A DNA stretch of 64,000 nucleotides from a candidate division WWE3 bacterium UBA1379 (GTDB lineage Bacteria; Patescibacteriota; WWE3; UBA101185; UBA10185), in the NCBI GenBank assembly GCA_002305475.1, contig DBRB01000003.1, positions 13,360 to 77,359 on the forward strand, written 5' to 3'. Below, in pieces: positions 50,681-59,815 of this stretch. The notes beneath the pieces were generated by a model. It was not told where the DNA came from. It searched no databases and saw only the letters and a list, made by a program, of their open reading frames with translations. Position 1 is the first letter of the stretch. Each line of letters begins with the position of its first letter. A program made the translations under genes and the position numbers.

Positions 50681-51031
50681 TTAGTACATTCTATATGGCT
50701 TAACTTTACTTCTTGGAGGAGGTTTATGGCATGGAGTTTGAGGTTTAATTTTTTCAATCTCCCGTTTGACCTCCTTATTGAAACGATGGATCATTGCTTG
50801 AAATTCCATCTCTTCCACTTCACGATAGACTGTTTTACCATTTTCCTTAACCATCAGAGACTTATTCTCTCTTAGGAATATCCTCATCGCTTCGAGATCA
50901 TCATCACCCAGGGTTTTGTGACCTGTCATTTTTTGTCCGTTAGGAGCAATTAATGACCAGCCGTTTCGTTCGTTCACCTGAAGAACATACGTTGCCTTAA
51001 GTTCACCTATTTTTGCCGAATTGGTTGTCAT
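50681..51031 (-). CDS. Orphan protein, tandem paralogue B
   Basis: 116 aa; shares a motif pattern with 51052-51354. Confidence 0.75.
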   Translation of the reverse strand: MTTNSAKIGELKATYVLQVNERNGWSLIAPNGQKMTGHKTLGDDDLEAMRIFLRENKSLMVKENGKTVYREVEEMEFQAMIHRFNKEVKREIEKIKPQTPCHKPPPRSKVKPYRMY

Positions 51032-51051
51032 GTTCGAATCCCTTCTTTGTA

Positions 51052-51354
51052 TTAGAAATTGGGGCGTTTCGGATTGTTTGCCGTACGGGAGAGTTCAATA
51101 AATTTCTTCCTGAATTGAGAGATGAGGTATTCCATTTTCTCAGAGTCCACCTCCAAATATTGGATTGTATCACCGTCCCTTACAGCCTTGATTCTGTTTT
51201 CCCATAGCATCTGCTGAATTCTTTGTAGATCGGATGGGTCTGGTTTGACACTAGACGTATACTTTTCACCATTGGGAAAAACAACAGTATAACCCACCCC
51301 ATCCTGTCTCGGGATCAACTTAATCACCGGATTTGGCATTTTAACAGTGTCCAT
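51052..51354 (-). CDS. Orphan protein, tandem paralogue A
   Basis: 100 aa, SD AAAGGAG. Confidence 0.75.
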   Translation of the reverse strand: MDTVKMPNPVIKLIPRQDGVGYTVVFPNGEKYTSSVKPDPSDLQRIQQMLWENRIKAVRDGDTIQYLEVDSEKMEYLISQFRKKFIELSRTANNPKRPNF

Positions 51355-51518
51355 GGCTTTCTCCTTTGTGACACTAATTCTTCTCCTTCTTTATAATGAC
51401 CGTGAACATAATATCAAAAACTATAAGTTTTACCAAATTTAGAACCTGGGATCGGATTGTATTAAGATAAAAAAGCGCTGAATATTGATCTTCAGCGCTT
51501 TATGGTAGAAATATTTTA

Positions 51519-51722
51519 TTAACCATCCTTCATATGATCTTGGCATTTTGCCAGTGAACCACAATATGCAGTTGGTAACTTGCATGTTTCTCGAATGGTA
51601 CATTTTAGAGGGCGGATAGATGTATACCCTGATCCTTGGCTAGATGTAAGTGACCACAAATTAATACCCGATGGAACAAAAAGTTGTACCGCACATTTAG
51701 ATTTATTTTTTTTCTTGGCCAT
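51519..51722 (-). CDS. Small Cys-rich orphan protein
   Basis: SD AAGGAG, five Cys plus a His; terminator at 51472-51501. Confidence 0.6.
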   Translation of the reverse strand: MAKKKNKSKCAVQLFVPSGINLWSLTSSQGSGYTSIRPLKCTIRETCKLPTAYCGSLAKCQDHMKDG

Positions 51723-51829
51723 GATTGTCTCCTTCCACTTAGGATTTTAATTATTGAATAGGATAACTGAAAAATTACTCAGTGGAAAATAATACCATGT
51801 ATTGTATGCTCCATTCAAGGAATAAGGTG

Positions 51830-52372
51830 TTATGAGGATATAAAGTTAAGGATGCTTTTTCCGTATTTTCTTTCATCTATGATTTTTAGATTAGTTCCTT
51901 CAGTTAGTTTTTCTATTTTGAGTTTGTCTCCATGCAAAAAGATGATTGTACCACCCGGATTTAAGATTTCTTCCAGATTTTTCATCAGGAATTTATGGGA
52001 TAGGTCATCATAAAACGGATCAGCAAAGATTATAGTGTATTTTTTATCGGTATTTGCAACATACTTTACTGCGTCACTGAAAAATACTTCCGATTTATCT
52101 TCAAACCCACAACTTTTGATATTTTTTGTTATTGCCTGGCGTGCATTGTAGTTATCATCAACAAAATCGCACCACTGTGCTCCCCTGCTTAATGCTTCCA
52201 GCCCTAAATTTCCGCTTCCGGCAAATAAATCCAGGACCATAGCGTCATCTACTTTTTCACCAAGAATAGAAAAAATTGCCAGTTTAACCACTTCCTGCAC
52301 TGCCCGAATACCGGGTACATCCGGAACTATAAGTTTTTTATTTTTTGCTGTACCACTGGTTATTCTGATCAT
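51830..52372 (-). CDS. rsmD: 16S rRNA m2G966 methyltransferase
   Basis: IRITSG, VLDLFAGSGNLGLEALSRGA, FADPFY, RKYG. Confidence 0.92.
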   Translation of the reverse strand: MIRITSGTAKNKKLIVPDVPGIRAVQEVVKLAIFSILGEKVDDAMVLDLFAGSGNLGLEALSRGAQWCDFVDDNYNARQAITKNIKSCGFEDKSEVFFSDAVKYVANTDKKYTIIFADPFYDDLSHKFLMKNLEEILNPGGTIIFLHGDKLKIEKLTEGTNLKIIDERKYGKSILNFISS

Positions 52373-52425
52373 ACTACTACGCATTATAGCAAGTAATCTT
52401 CATAAATAGAGATATATAAGGATAA

Positions 52426-54453
52426 TTAATTGTTACCAACTGTTTCTTGCAGATTATCGTTGAGTTTCTTTTTCAGATTAGTATAACTATCCAATTCACT
52501 AAATAACTGCTGGGCTTCCAACTTTACGGTTTCCAGCATTTCCAGATCATTGATATCTGCACATTTAAATTTTTTAAATCCATGCTGCATAGTCCCATAT
52601 AGGTCACCCTGACCTCTGGTCCGAAGGTCAAATTCCGCAAGCTGCAGACCGTCACTTATATCTTCCAGATTCTTTAATCTCTGATAAGATGTAGTTGAAT
52701 TATTGGACATAAAGACCAGACAAATCCCCGGTTTATCTCCTCTTCCTACCCTTCCTCTAAGTTGATGTAAGGATGCCAATCCATATCTTTCTGCGCTTTC
52801 AATTACCATGACGGTAGCTTCCGGAATATCAATTCCTACTTCAATTACAGGAGTAGATACCAAAACTTTTATTTCACCGCTTTTGAATTTATCAACAACT
52901 TCCTGTTTTTCTTTGGATTTCATTCTACCGTGCAAAAGACCAATATTAATATCCTTAAATACGCCGTTTTTTAATCGGATATATTCAGCTTCCGCTGCTT
53001 TCACATTTTCCAGAATCAGACTCTCGGATTCTTCGATCAAAGGACAGACAATAAACGTAGGTTCTCCCTTATTCCTTATGGCTTCATAAGCTTCATCTCT
53101 TTTCGATTCCGGGATTACTTTGGTGGTGATTTTCTTATTCTTATTAGGTGGTGTTTTTAAAATAGAGATATTCAAATCTCCAAATAAAGTCAGAGCAAGA
53201 GTTCTGGGGATTGGGGTTGCTGTCATGGTTAATAAATGGGGTATGAAATCATTTTTACCCATTTGCATGATTCGCGTTCTTTGCTCTACTCCAAATCTGT
53301 GTTGTTCATCAACTACCACCAAACCGATATTTTCGAATTTCTCTTTAGAATAAAGCAGAGCATGGGTGCCAACGATAATATCTGTAGTATGTCTATCGGA
53401 CTTTTTTGTGCTTCCTGTCATGAGACTGACGGAAATGCCAAGAGGTTTTAGAAGATTTAAATAAGTATTGTAGTGTTGATTTGCCAGAATTTCTGTTGGA
53501 GCCATGTATAACACCTGATGTTTATTGAGTACCGTAAAATATGAAGCAATAATTGCCACTATTGTCTTTCCTGTTCCCACATCACCTTCCAGAAGCCTGT
53601 TCATCGGATGTTCCATTGTCAGATCCGACATAATTTCTTCTACTGCAGTTTCCTGTGAATTGGTAAGTTTAAACGGCAGAGAATCAACAAAATCATCAAG
53701 TTTCTCCCTATGCAATATTTTTTCAAAAGCTTTGCCTTTAAGGGAATTCTTCCATTCATACTTTCTTTGTTCTACTTTAAGTAGTTCCAATAGAAGCTCT
53801 TCGAAAGCAAATCTTCGTCTAGCCATATTTGACTCATTTCGATTATTTGGGAAATGAATACTTCTTAATGCATGGTCCAGATCCATCAATTTATGTTTTT
53901 TTAAAGTATTTTCCGGAAGAAATTCCTCAAAGGATTTTACATCGGATAAGATGTCGTTAATCCTGTTACGTAGATATTTTGAACTAAGGCCTGCCGTTTC
54001 AGGATAAACCGGTACCAGTCTGCCCGTGTGAAGCAATCCGTTATTTTTTGATAATTCCTCGTAATCAGGGGATATCAGACAAAGTTTGTTATTAAACCTA
54101 CCTACTTTACCACTAAACCGGTATCTCTTCCCTACTCTGAATGTCTGTTTCAGATAGTGCTGGTTAAACCAGACAATATTAACCTTTCCGGTCTGATCTG
54201 AGATTTGTACATTAGTAAGTTTTTTCCCGTATTTTGTATAAATGTTTCGAATATCATCAAGATCACCCTCTATAGTCACAACCTCACCATCAAGCAGATC
54301 AGCTATCTGTTTTGTCATTGAGTAATCCTCGTAACGGAAAGGAAAATGATAGAGAAGGTCCTCTATTGTTTCTATACCTAGATTTTTCAGACGTCCTTTA
54401 AACTTAGGTCCGACTTTGGGTAAAGTTGCAATTTTATCGGAAAGTTCTATCAT
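52426..54453 (-). CDS. recG: ATP-dependent DNA helicase RecG
   Basis: GDVGTGKT, DEQHRFGV, MTATPIPRT, LHQLRGRVGRG. Confidence 0.97.
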   Translation of the reverse strand: MIELSDKIATLPKVGPKFKGRLKNLGIETIEDLLYHFPFRYEDYSMTKQIADLLDGEVVTIEGDLDDIRNIYTKYGKKLTNVQISDQTGKVNIVWFNQHYLKQTFRVGKRYRFSGKVGRFNNKLCLISPDYEELSKNNGLLHTGRLVPVYPETAGLSSKYLRNRINDILSDVKSFEEFLPENTLKKHKLMDLDHALRSIHFPNNRNESNMARRRFAFEELLLELLKVEQRKYEWKNSLKGKAFEKILHREKLDDFVDSLPFKLTNSQETAVEEIMSDLTMEHPMNRLLEGDVGTGKTIVAIIASYFTVLNKHQVLYMAPTEILANQHYNTYLNLLKPLGISVSLMTGSTKKSDRHTTDIIVGTHALLYSKEKFENIGLVVVDEQHRFGVEQRTRIMQMGKNDFIPHLLTMTATPIPRTLALTLFGDLNISILKTPPNKNKKITTKVIPESKRDEAYEAIRNKGEPTFIVCPLIEESESLILENVKAAEAEYIRLKNGVFKDINIGLLHGRMKSKEKQEVVDKFKSGEIKVLVSTPVIEVGIDIPEATVMVIESAERYGLASLHQLRGRVGRGDKPGICLVFMSNNSTTSYQRLKNLEDISDGLQLAEFDLRTRGQGDLYGTMQHGFKKFKCADINDLEMLETVKLEAQQLFSELDSYTNLKKKLNDNLQETVGNN

Positions 54454-54497
54454 AGGGGTATTCTATCAGGTCTAATCTACTGAGAAAGGAGATTATC

Positions 54498-54815
54498 ATG
54501 CCCCCCTGTGATGATGTTGAAGCATGTCATTGTGGCGTAATAGTTCTCTGCCAACCGAAAAGTCGTCTATTAAATGTTCATTGAGTGAGTATTTACCAGA
54601 GTGATGGAAAGCTGACCGTTCACGTTGATTGTAACCCTATTGAAAACGGAACCGGCTTAATTCATGAATCTGATGTACAGGAATTTCTTTTGGATATTAA
54701 AATCAGGTGCTTGTATTTGGGTGTTTTCAATGTATCAGAACCTGGAACAGTACCGAGTAACGAGGTCATAAAAAACCATATTCTAGCATTAAGACATTTA
54801 CACTTTGTAGGTTGA
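54498..54815 (+). pseudogene. Cys-rich orphan ORF interrupted by an in-frame TGA at 54582
   Basis: SD AAAGGAG plus ATG gives MPPCDDVEACHCGVIVLCQPKSRLLNVH*, in frame with VSIYQSDGK... (track ORF 54585-54815). Confidence 0.55.
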
Positions 54816-54879
54816 GGACAGTAATATCTTAAATCTTGAAGGAACCCCTAGTCTTATACCTGGCAAGGTGTTATTACAT

Positions 54880-55002
54880 TCAAAGGATAAAAGGCAATAC
54901 GCTGGTTGCCAGTAAAGCTAAAGTGGCTAATACAACAACCGCTTTGCTTAACACACCGTTTTTACGCCATATTCTGAGTGTTTTTTTAATCTTCTTTATC
55001 AT
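54880..55002 (-). CDS. 40-aa single-TM microprotein after tyrS (absent from the ORF track)
   Basis: GGAG SD; MIKKIKKTLRIWRKNGVLSKAVVVLATLALLATSVLPFIL*. Confidence 0.7.
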   Translation of the reverse strand: MIKKIKKTLRIWRKNGVLSKAVVVLATLALLATSVLPFIL

Positions 55003-55013
55003 ATTTTCTCCAA

Positions 55014-56222
55014 TTATATAACTTTAATAAAATCTCTTTTCCCGAATTTTATTACATCCCCACTTTTAACCTGTTGGAATCTATCTGTAACCTTTATACC
55101 ATTTACTTCCACTCCGTTTTGTTCCATTACTCTTCTTATTTCACTGTTTGAGTATTTACTTCCCAGTGATCCTGTTAAAATGTCGAATAATGTGGATGTA
55201 TTCTGACTATTAGTATCCCATTCAGTTATATTTTCATCAGGAATTTCTTTCTGTTGGACGGTTTTTTCAAAATACTCCTGCGCTTTAACGGCTTCTGATT
55301 CCCCCCGCAGTATTTTTACAATCTCATAAGCCATGAGCTTTTTAAATTGCATGGGATTTGCTCCTTGCTTCATTTCTTTATCTATTTCTTCTATCTGTTC
55401 CATGGGGAAATCTGTCAGAAGCTCCAGGCCTTTAGTTATAAGATTATCTGAGTACGACATAGCTTTACCGTATATGTCAAAAGAAGAATCAATCAGATTG
55501 ATTCCGTTGCCTTTTGTCTTACTCATCGTTCTTCCGTCAGGCGCATCCATCATTTTGTTTGTTCTGACAAATTTTTCCTTGTTTAAATATATTCTGCTAA
55601 GAGTTCTTCCCATCAGCATATTAAATGTCTGATCAGTTCCGCCAATTTCCATATCTACTTCCATTGCTACACCGTCAAAACCCTGCATGAGTGGATAGAT
55701 AAATTCCTGCAGACCGATCGGATCTTTTTCTGCCCATCTTTTAGCAAACATATCACGTTCTAACATTTGGGAGACAGTAGCATTAGACATCAGTTGAATA
55801 AGATCCGCCAGATTGAGTTTTGATAGCCATTCATAATTTCTTTTGAAGATGACAGGATTTTCCCCTTCGAATTCAATTAGTTGTGCTGCCTGTTCTTTCC
55901 ACCCCTGCATATTCTTTTCAATTTCCTCATCGCTTAGCATTTTTCTTGCTTTATCCTTGTCGGGATCACCCACTTTAGAGGTGAAATCACCTACTAAAAA
56001 AATTACTTCATGCCCCAGCTGTTGAAGAATTCTTAAAGCCCTAATACCCATTGCATGACCAATATGTAGATAAGGACCGGTGGGGTCAAATCCCTGATAC
56101 ACTCGGATACGATCACCTGATAGTAGTTTCTTTTTTAATTCCTCCTTTGAAGGATAGATTTGTTCTACTCCCCTATTAAGGAATTTATCAATAAGTTTTT
56201 CATCTTTATAAACTTTAACCAT
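55014..56222 (-). CDS. tyrS: Tyrosine--tRNA ligase
   Basis: GFDPTGPYLHIGH, YPLMQGFD, GGTDQTFN, TMSKT and an S4-like C-domain. Confidence 0.96.
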   Translation of the reverse strand: MVKVYKDEKLIDKFLNRGVEQIYPSKEELKKKLLSGDRIRVYQGFDPTGPYLHIGHAMGIRALRILQQLGHEVIFLVGDFTSKVGDPDKDKARKMLSDEEIEKNMQGWKEQAAQLIEFEGENPVIFKRNYEWLSKLNLADLIQLMSNATVSQMLERDMFAKRWAEKDPIGLQEFIYPLMQGFDGVAMEVDMEIGGTDQTFNMLMGRTLSRIYLNKEKFVRTNKMMDAPDGRTMSKTKGNGINLIDSSFDIYGKAMSYSDNLITKGLELLTDFPMEQIEEIDKEMKQGANPMQFKKLMAYEIVKILRGESEAVKAQEYFEKTVQQKEIPDENITEWDTNSQNTSTLFDILTGSLGSKYSNSEIRRVMEQNGVEVNGIKVTDRFQQVKSGDVIKFGKRDFIKVI

Positions 56223-56336
56223 ACTAAGCCTAATTATATAGTTTTTTGTAATAAAAAAATACAGAGCAGGTGTTATTGATGTGTATTTAACAATTTGCCG
56301 GGAAAAAGGTAAAATATGTTAAAGGAGGGAGATATC

Positions 56337-56525
56337 ATGAGAACAGCTGAGAAAGTTTTGATAAAAGTGTTTTTGTATTTTTCCACGCTGGTATTGATCC
56401 TAGTTTTAAATGTTGTGTCCGGGGAAAAGTCATTCTTATATACCGTTCTGATGTTTATGTTGGTTTTAACATTATTTACAAGTTTTCGTAGGATAAAAGT
56501 CCGGAAAATTCTTCATCGGAGATAA
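56337..56525 (+). CDS. Small two-TM orphan protein
   Basis: SD AAGGAGG before MRTAEK; hairpin at 56548-56592 downstream. Confidence 0.65.
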   Translation: MRTAEKVLIKVFLYFSTLVLILVLNVVSGEKSFLYTVLMFMLVLTLFTSFRRIKVRKILHRR

Positions 56526-56637
56526 GAGCAGGAATTTTTAAATTAGATATCCGGTTTTTTACAATCTCAAACAAATAGTGAAAAACCGGATAAAATCAAG
56601 TAAAAAGTTTACCTCACTTTAATGATATAATTTCACC

Positions 56638-59271
56638 ATGCGCCTTTTGCCTTTAAATAAACCTAAGGTAAATTACCGGCCCCGAAAGTATAGTGCCAGG
56701 AAATTTCCTAAGGTTTCAAATTCAAAAAAGTTGATAATACTTACCTATCTGGCTTCATTTACTCTTATATCTCTTGTTTTAGGTATTTTTAGTACTTTAA
56801 TAGTGGCAGCTGCCTTCTCCAGAGAACTCCCAAACCCGAACACTCTTCTTGAAAGAAGTACGGAACTATCCACAAAGCTTTATGACAGAAACGGCACCCC
56901 AATATTTGAAGTATATGGTGATAAGAATCGACAGCTGATCACTCTGGATAAAGTATCTCCCAACATCATTCATGCTACGCTGGCAACTGAAGATGCGGAG
57001 TTTTATCTTCACAGAGGGTATTCGCTCAGAGGTATGGCAAGAGCGGTCAAAAATATGATCAAAGGCGGCGAAACTCAAAGCGGATCTACTATCACCCAGC
57101 AGGTGGTAAAAAATGCAGTTTTATCTCAGGAGCAGACCTTAAGCCGTAAAATAAAGGAATTAATTCTATCCCTTCAGATTGAAAATAAATATGATAAAGA
57201 CCAGATTTTACAGATGTATTTGAATGAAACTCCTTACGGAGGACAGAATTACGGTATTGTTACGGCAGCAAAAACCTATTTCAATAAAGATCCGATGGAT
57301 TTAACAATAGCGGAAGCCGCTTATCTAGCCGGACTTCCACAAAGACCCAGTTATTACTCACATTTCGGAGCTCATCCTGAAGCTGGAATTGAAAGAAAGA
57401 ATTATGTTTTGTATCTGATGAAAGAACGTGGGTGGACTCAGGGAGATGGAAAGCGTTATTTCTTAAGCGAGGAAGATTACGAAGCAGCTAAGAATGAAGA
57501 ATTAAAATTCCAGGCTGCTATGACTCCTTTTAAAGCTCCGCATTTTGTTTTCTATGTGAAACAGCTTTTGGCTGAAAAATTTGGTGAGGAGGCTGTAGAA
57601 CAAGGAGGTTTACAGGTTACTACTACGATTGATCTTAATCTCCAGGATAAAGCACAGGAAATTGTCTATCAGGAAGTGGAAAATACGAAAAATCTCAATA
57701 TGAATGTAGGAAACGGAGCTCTGATTGCCATTGATCCTAAAACCGGACAAATTATTGCTATGGTTGGATCAAAAGGTTACTTTTTACCGATGGAGCCGGA
57801 AGACTGTATCTCTGGTACTACGGGAGAAAACAGCTGTACTTTTGAGCCAAATCTGAATGTGACGCTTGCCAGTCGACAACCAGGTTCAACAATTAAACCG
57901 ATTACATATGCCAATATGCTGATGCAAGGATACACAGCTGCATTTCCATTTCTGGATGTACCTACTACTTTTGAAGGTGCATCCCCCGATAAACCATATG
58001 TTCCGGTAAATTATGATGGTAAATTCCGCGGTCCGATGTCTCTAAGAAAATCACTGGGTAATTCATTGAATATTCCTGCCGTAAAAGCCTTAAAAATTGG
58101 TGGTATAGATTCGATGATAGACCTGGCTGAGAAAATGGGTATCTCTACACTTAAAGAACGGGAAAGATACGGTCTGGCGTTAACTCTGGGAGGTGGAGAA
58201 ACAAAACTTCTGGAGATGACAAATGCTTTTGGAGTATTTGCCAATAAAGGTATCTATCATGAACCGGTAGCAATTCTTGAAGTAAAAGATGGCAAGGGAA
58301 ATACATTATATAAATGGAGAGATAACGGTGGATCAAAAGCTTTAACTGAAGAAGTGGCGTTTTTAATTTCGGATATTTTATCGGATGATGGAGCGCGTTC
58401 CGAAGCATTCGGATTTGGGAGTCTTTTGCATATCTCTGGATATCAGGTGGCGGTTAAAACCGGTACAACGGATGATAAGAGAGATAACTATGCTATCGGA
58501 TTTACTCCGTCGATATCTGTTGGTGTATGGGTAGGAAACAATAACAATGATCAGATGAATCCTTCCGTTGCATCAGGTATTACTGGTGCTACACCGATCT
58601 GGAATAAGTTCATGAAGGAGTTTTTAAAAGAAAAGGAAAGTGAAAAATTCGAACCGCCTAAAAATGTTAAAAAAGTAGAAGTGGATCAGCTAACAGGCAT
58701 GCTTCCTTTTGAAGATTTTCCTACCAGAACAGAGTGGTTTATTGAAAGAACCGAACCCACTGCCAGAAGTGCGTGGTATTCAAAATTGGAAGTTTGTGAA
58801 GATGACGGTAAACTGGCTAATGATTCCTGCAAGGATGCTGATAAGTCGGATGTTAAAACATACGTGAAAATTACAGCGGAACTGCCAGAATGGCAAGATG
58901 ATGTAGATAAATGGGTTTATGAACACTATAAAGATGACAATAAGTACTTTCCTCCGTCTTCCGTGTCTCATTTGAAATATGATGATGATGGAGATGTGGA
59001 AAATGACGATGAGATATATGTTGATATCGTAGGATTAGAGGATGGAGATAAGGTATCAAAGAGTTTCAGACTGCAGGCTGAGGTTTCGGCTGCTTCCGAT
59101 ATCCGGGAAGTCAGGATATATGATAATGATGAGTTGGTAACCCGGGATTCCTCAGAGCCATACGGTTACAATTTCTCTTTCGATAAATCTGGTGATCACA
59201 GTTTCAAGATTGTAGCGGAAGATAAAAATGGCAACAAAGGAGATAAGACTATTAAACTAAGGGTTCAGTAA
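56638..59271 (+). CDS. Class A penicillin-binding protein with a C-terminal Ig-like domain
   Basis: TM; GT motifs ATEDAEFY.H.G, GSTITQQ, RKIKE; TP motifs STIK, SLN, KTGT; C-terminal PYGYNF...AED..GN. Confidence 0.94.
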   Translation: MRLLPLNKPKVNYRPRKYSARKFPKVSNSKKLIILTYLASFTLISLVLGIFSTLIVAAAFSRELPNPNTLLERSTELSTKLYDRNGTPIFEVYGDKNRQLITLDKVSPNIIHATLATEDAEFYLHRGYSLRGMARAVKNMIKGGETQSGSTITQQVVKNAVLSQEQTLSRKIKELILSLQIENKYDKDQILQMYLNETPYGGQNYGIVTAAKTYFNKDPMDLTIAEAAYLAGLPQRPSYYSHFGAHPEAGIERKNYVLYLMKERGWTQGDGKRYFLSEEDYEAAKNEELKFQAAMTPFKAPHFVFYVKQLLAEKFGEEAVEQGGLQVTTTIDLNLQDKAQEIVYQEVENTKNLNMNVGNGALIAIDPKTGQIIAMVGSKGYFLPMEPEDCISGTTGENSCTFEPNLNVTLASRQPGSTIKPITYANMLMQGYTAAFPFLDVPTTFEGASPDKPYVPVNYDGKFRGPMSLRKSLGNSLNIPAVKALKIGGIDSMIDLAEKMGISTLKERERYGLALTLGGGETKLLEMTNAFGVFANKGIYHEPVAILEVKDGKGNTLYKWRDNGGSKALTEEVAFLISDILSDDGARSEAFGFGSLLHISGYQVAVKTGTTDDKRDNYAIGFTPSISVGVWVGNNNNDQMNPSVASGITGATPIWNKFMKEFLKEKESEKFEPPKNVKKVEVDQLTGMLPFEDFPTRTEWFIERTEPTARSAWYSKLEVCEDDGKLANDSCKDADKSDVKTYVKITAELPEWQDDVDKWVYEHYKDDNKYFPPSSVSHLKYDDDGDVENDDEIYVDIVGLEDGDKVSKSFRLQAEVSAASDIREVRIYDNDELVTRDSSEPYGYNFSFDKSGDHSFKIVAEDKNGNKGDKTIKLRVQ

Positions 59272-59278
59272 ATTAAGT

Positions 59279-59315
59279 GAGTACGAAGCTAATATTAATA
59301 ATCAACTTCGTACTC
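59279..59315. terminator. Hairpin between convergent genes
   Basis: GAGTACGAAG-N17-CTTCGTACTC. Confidence 0.65.
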
Positions 59316-59326
59316 TATTTCACTGA

Positions 59327-59692
59327 TTAATTATTTGATGCCCCGCAGTTAACGTGATGATTGATCTGGAGAAAAATTACTGATTTACTGACAACAATGC
59401 TTTCATCATCCCATTCTGTACTATCTAAAAGCAGATAAGATCCCCCGAAATTTAAACATAGAATTTTGAGAGTACCTAGACGTTTTTCCTGTTCCTCACT
59501 GAATATTCCTTCCCTGATAATTAGATATACAGGGGAAGATCTCTGAAGTAGATCAAATATCTCGGTTTCATTAATCAATAAATTTATGTCGATATACTCG
59601 TTTGAAACACCTTTTTCTTCACAAGACTGTTCAACAAGGCTTATGATGGGAGTTGTGTCGTAATCAACAGCAATAACTGACCAGCGGATCAT
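59327..59692 (-). CDS. Orphan alpha/beta protein
   Basis: SD GAGGAGGT, 121 aa. Confidence 0.65.
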   Translation of the reverse strand: MIRWSVIAVDYDTTPIISLVEQSCEEKGVSNEYIDINLLINETEIFDLLQRSSPVYLIIREGIFSEEQEKRLGTLKILCLNFGGSYLLLDSTEWDDESIVVSKSVIFLQINHHVNCGASNN

Positions 59693-59815
59693 GATATGAC
59701 CTCCTCTTCCTTTCTTATTAAATTAACATAAGCAAATATTTAGCTACTTCAAGGAAAAGTGGGGCATATAACTGAGTTATAGATATGTAACAACAATAAG
59801 TGTTAAATTGTTGCC

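Noticed and set aside
54836-55021. Plus-strand 61-aa ORF
   Set aside because: It is the antisense shadow of the SD-led 40-aa membrane peptide on the minus strand.
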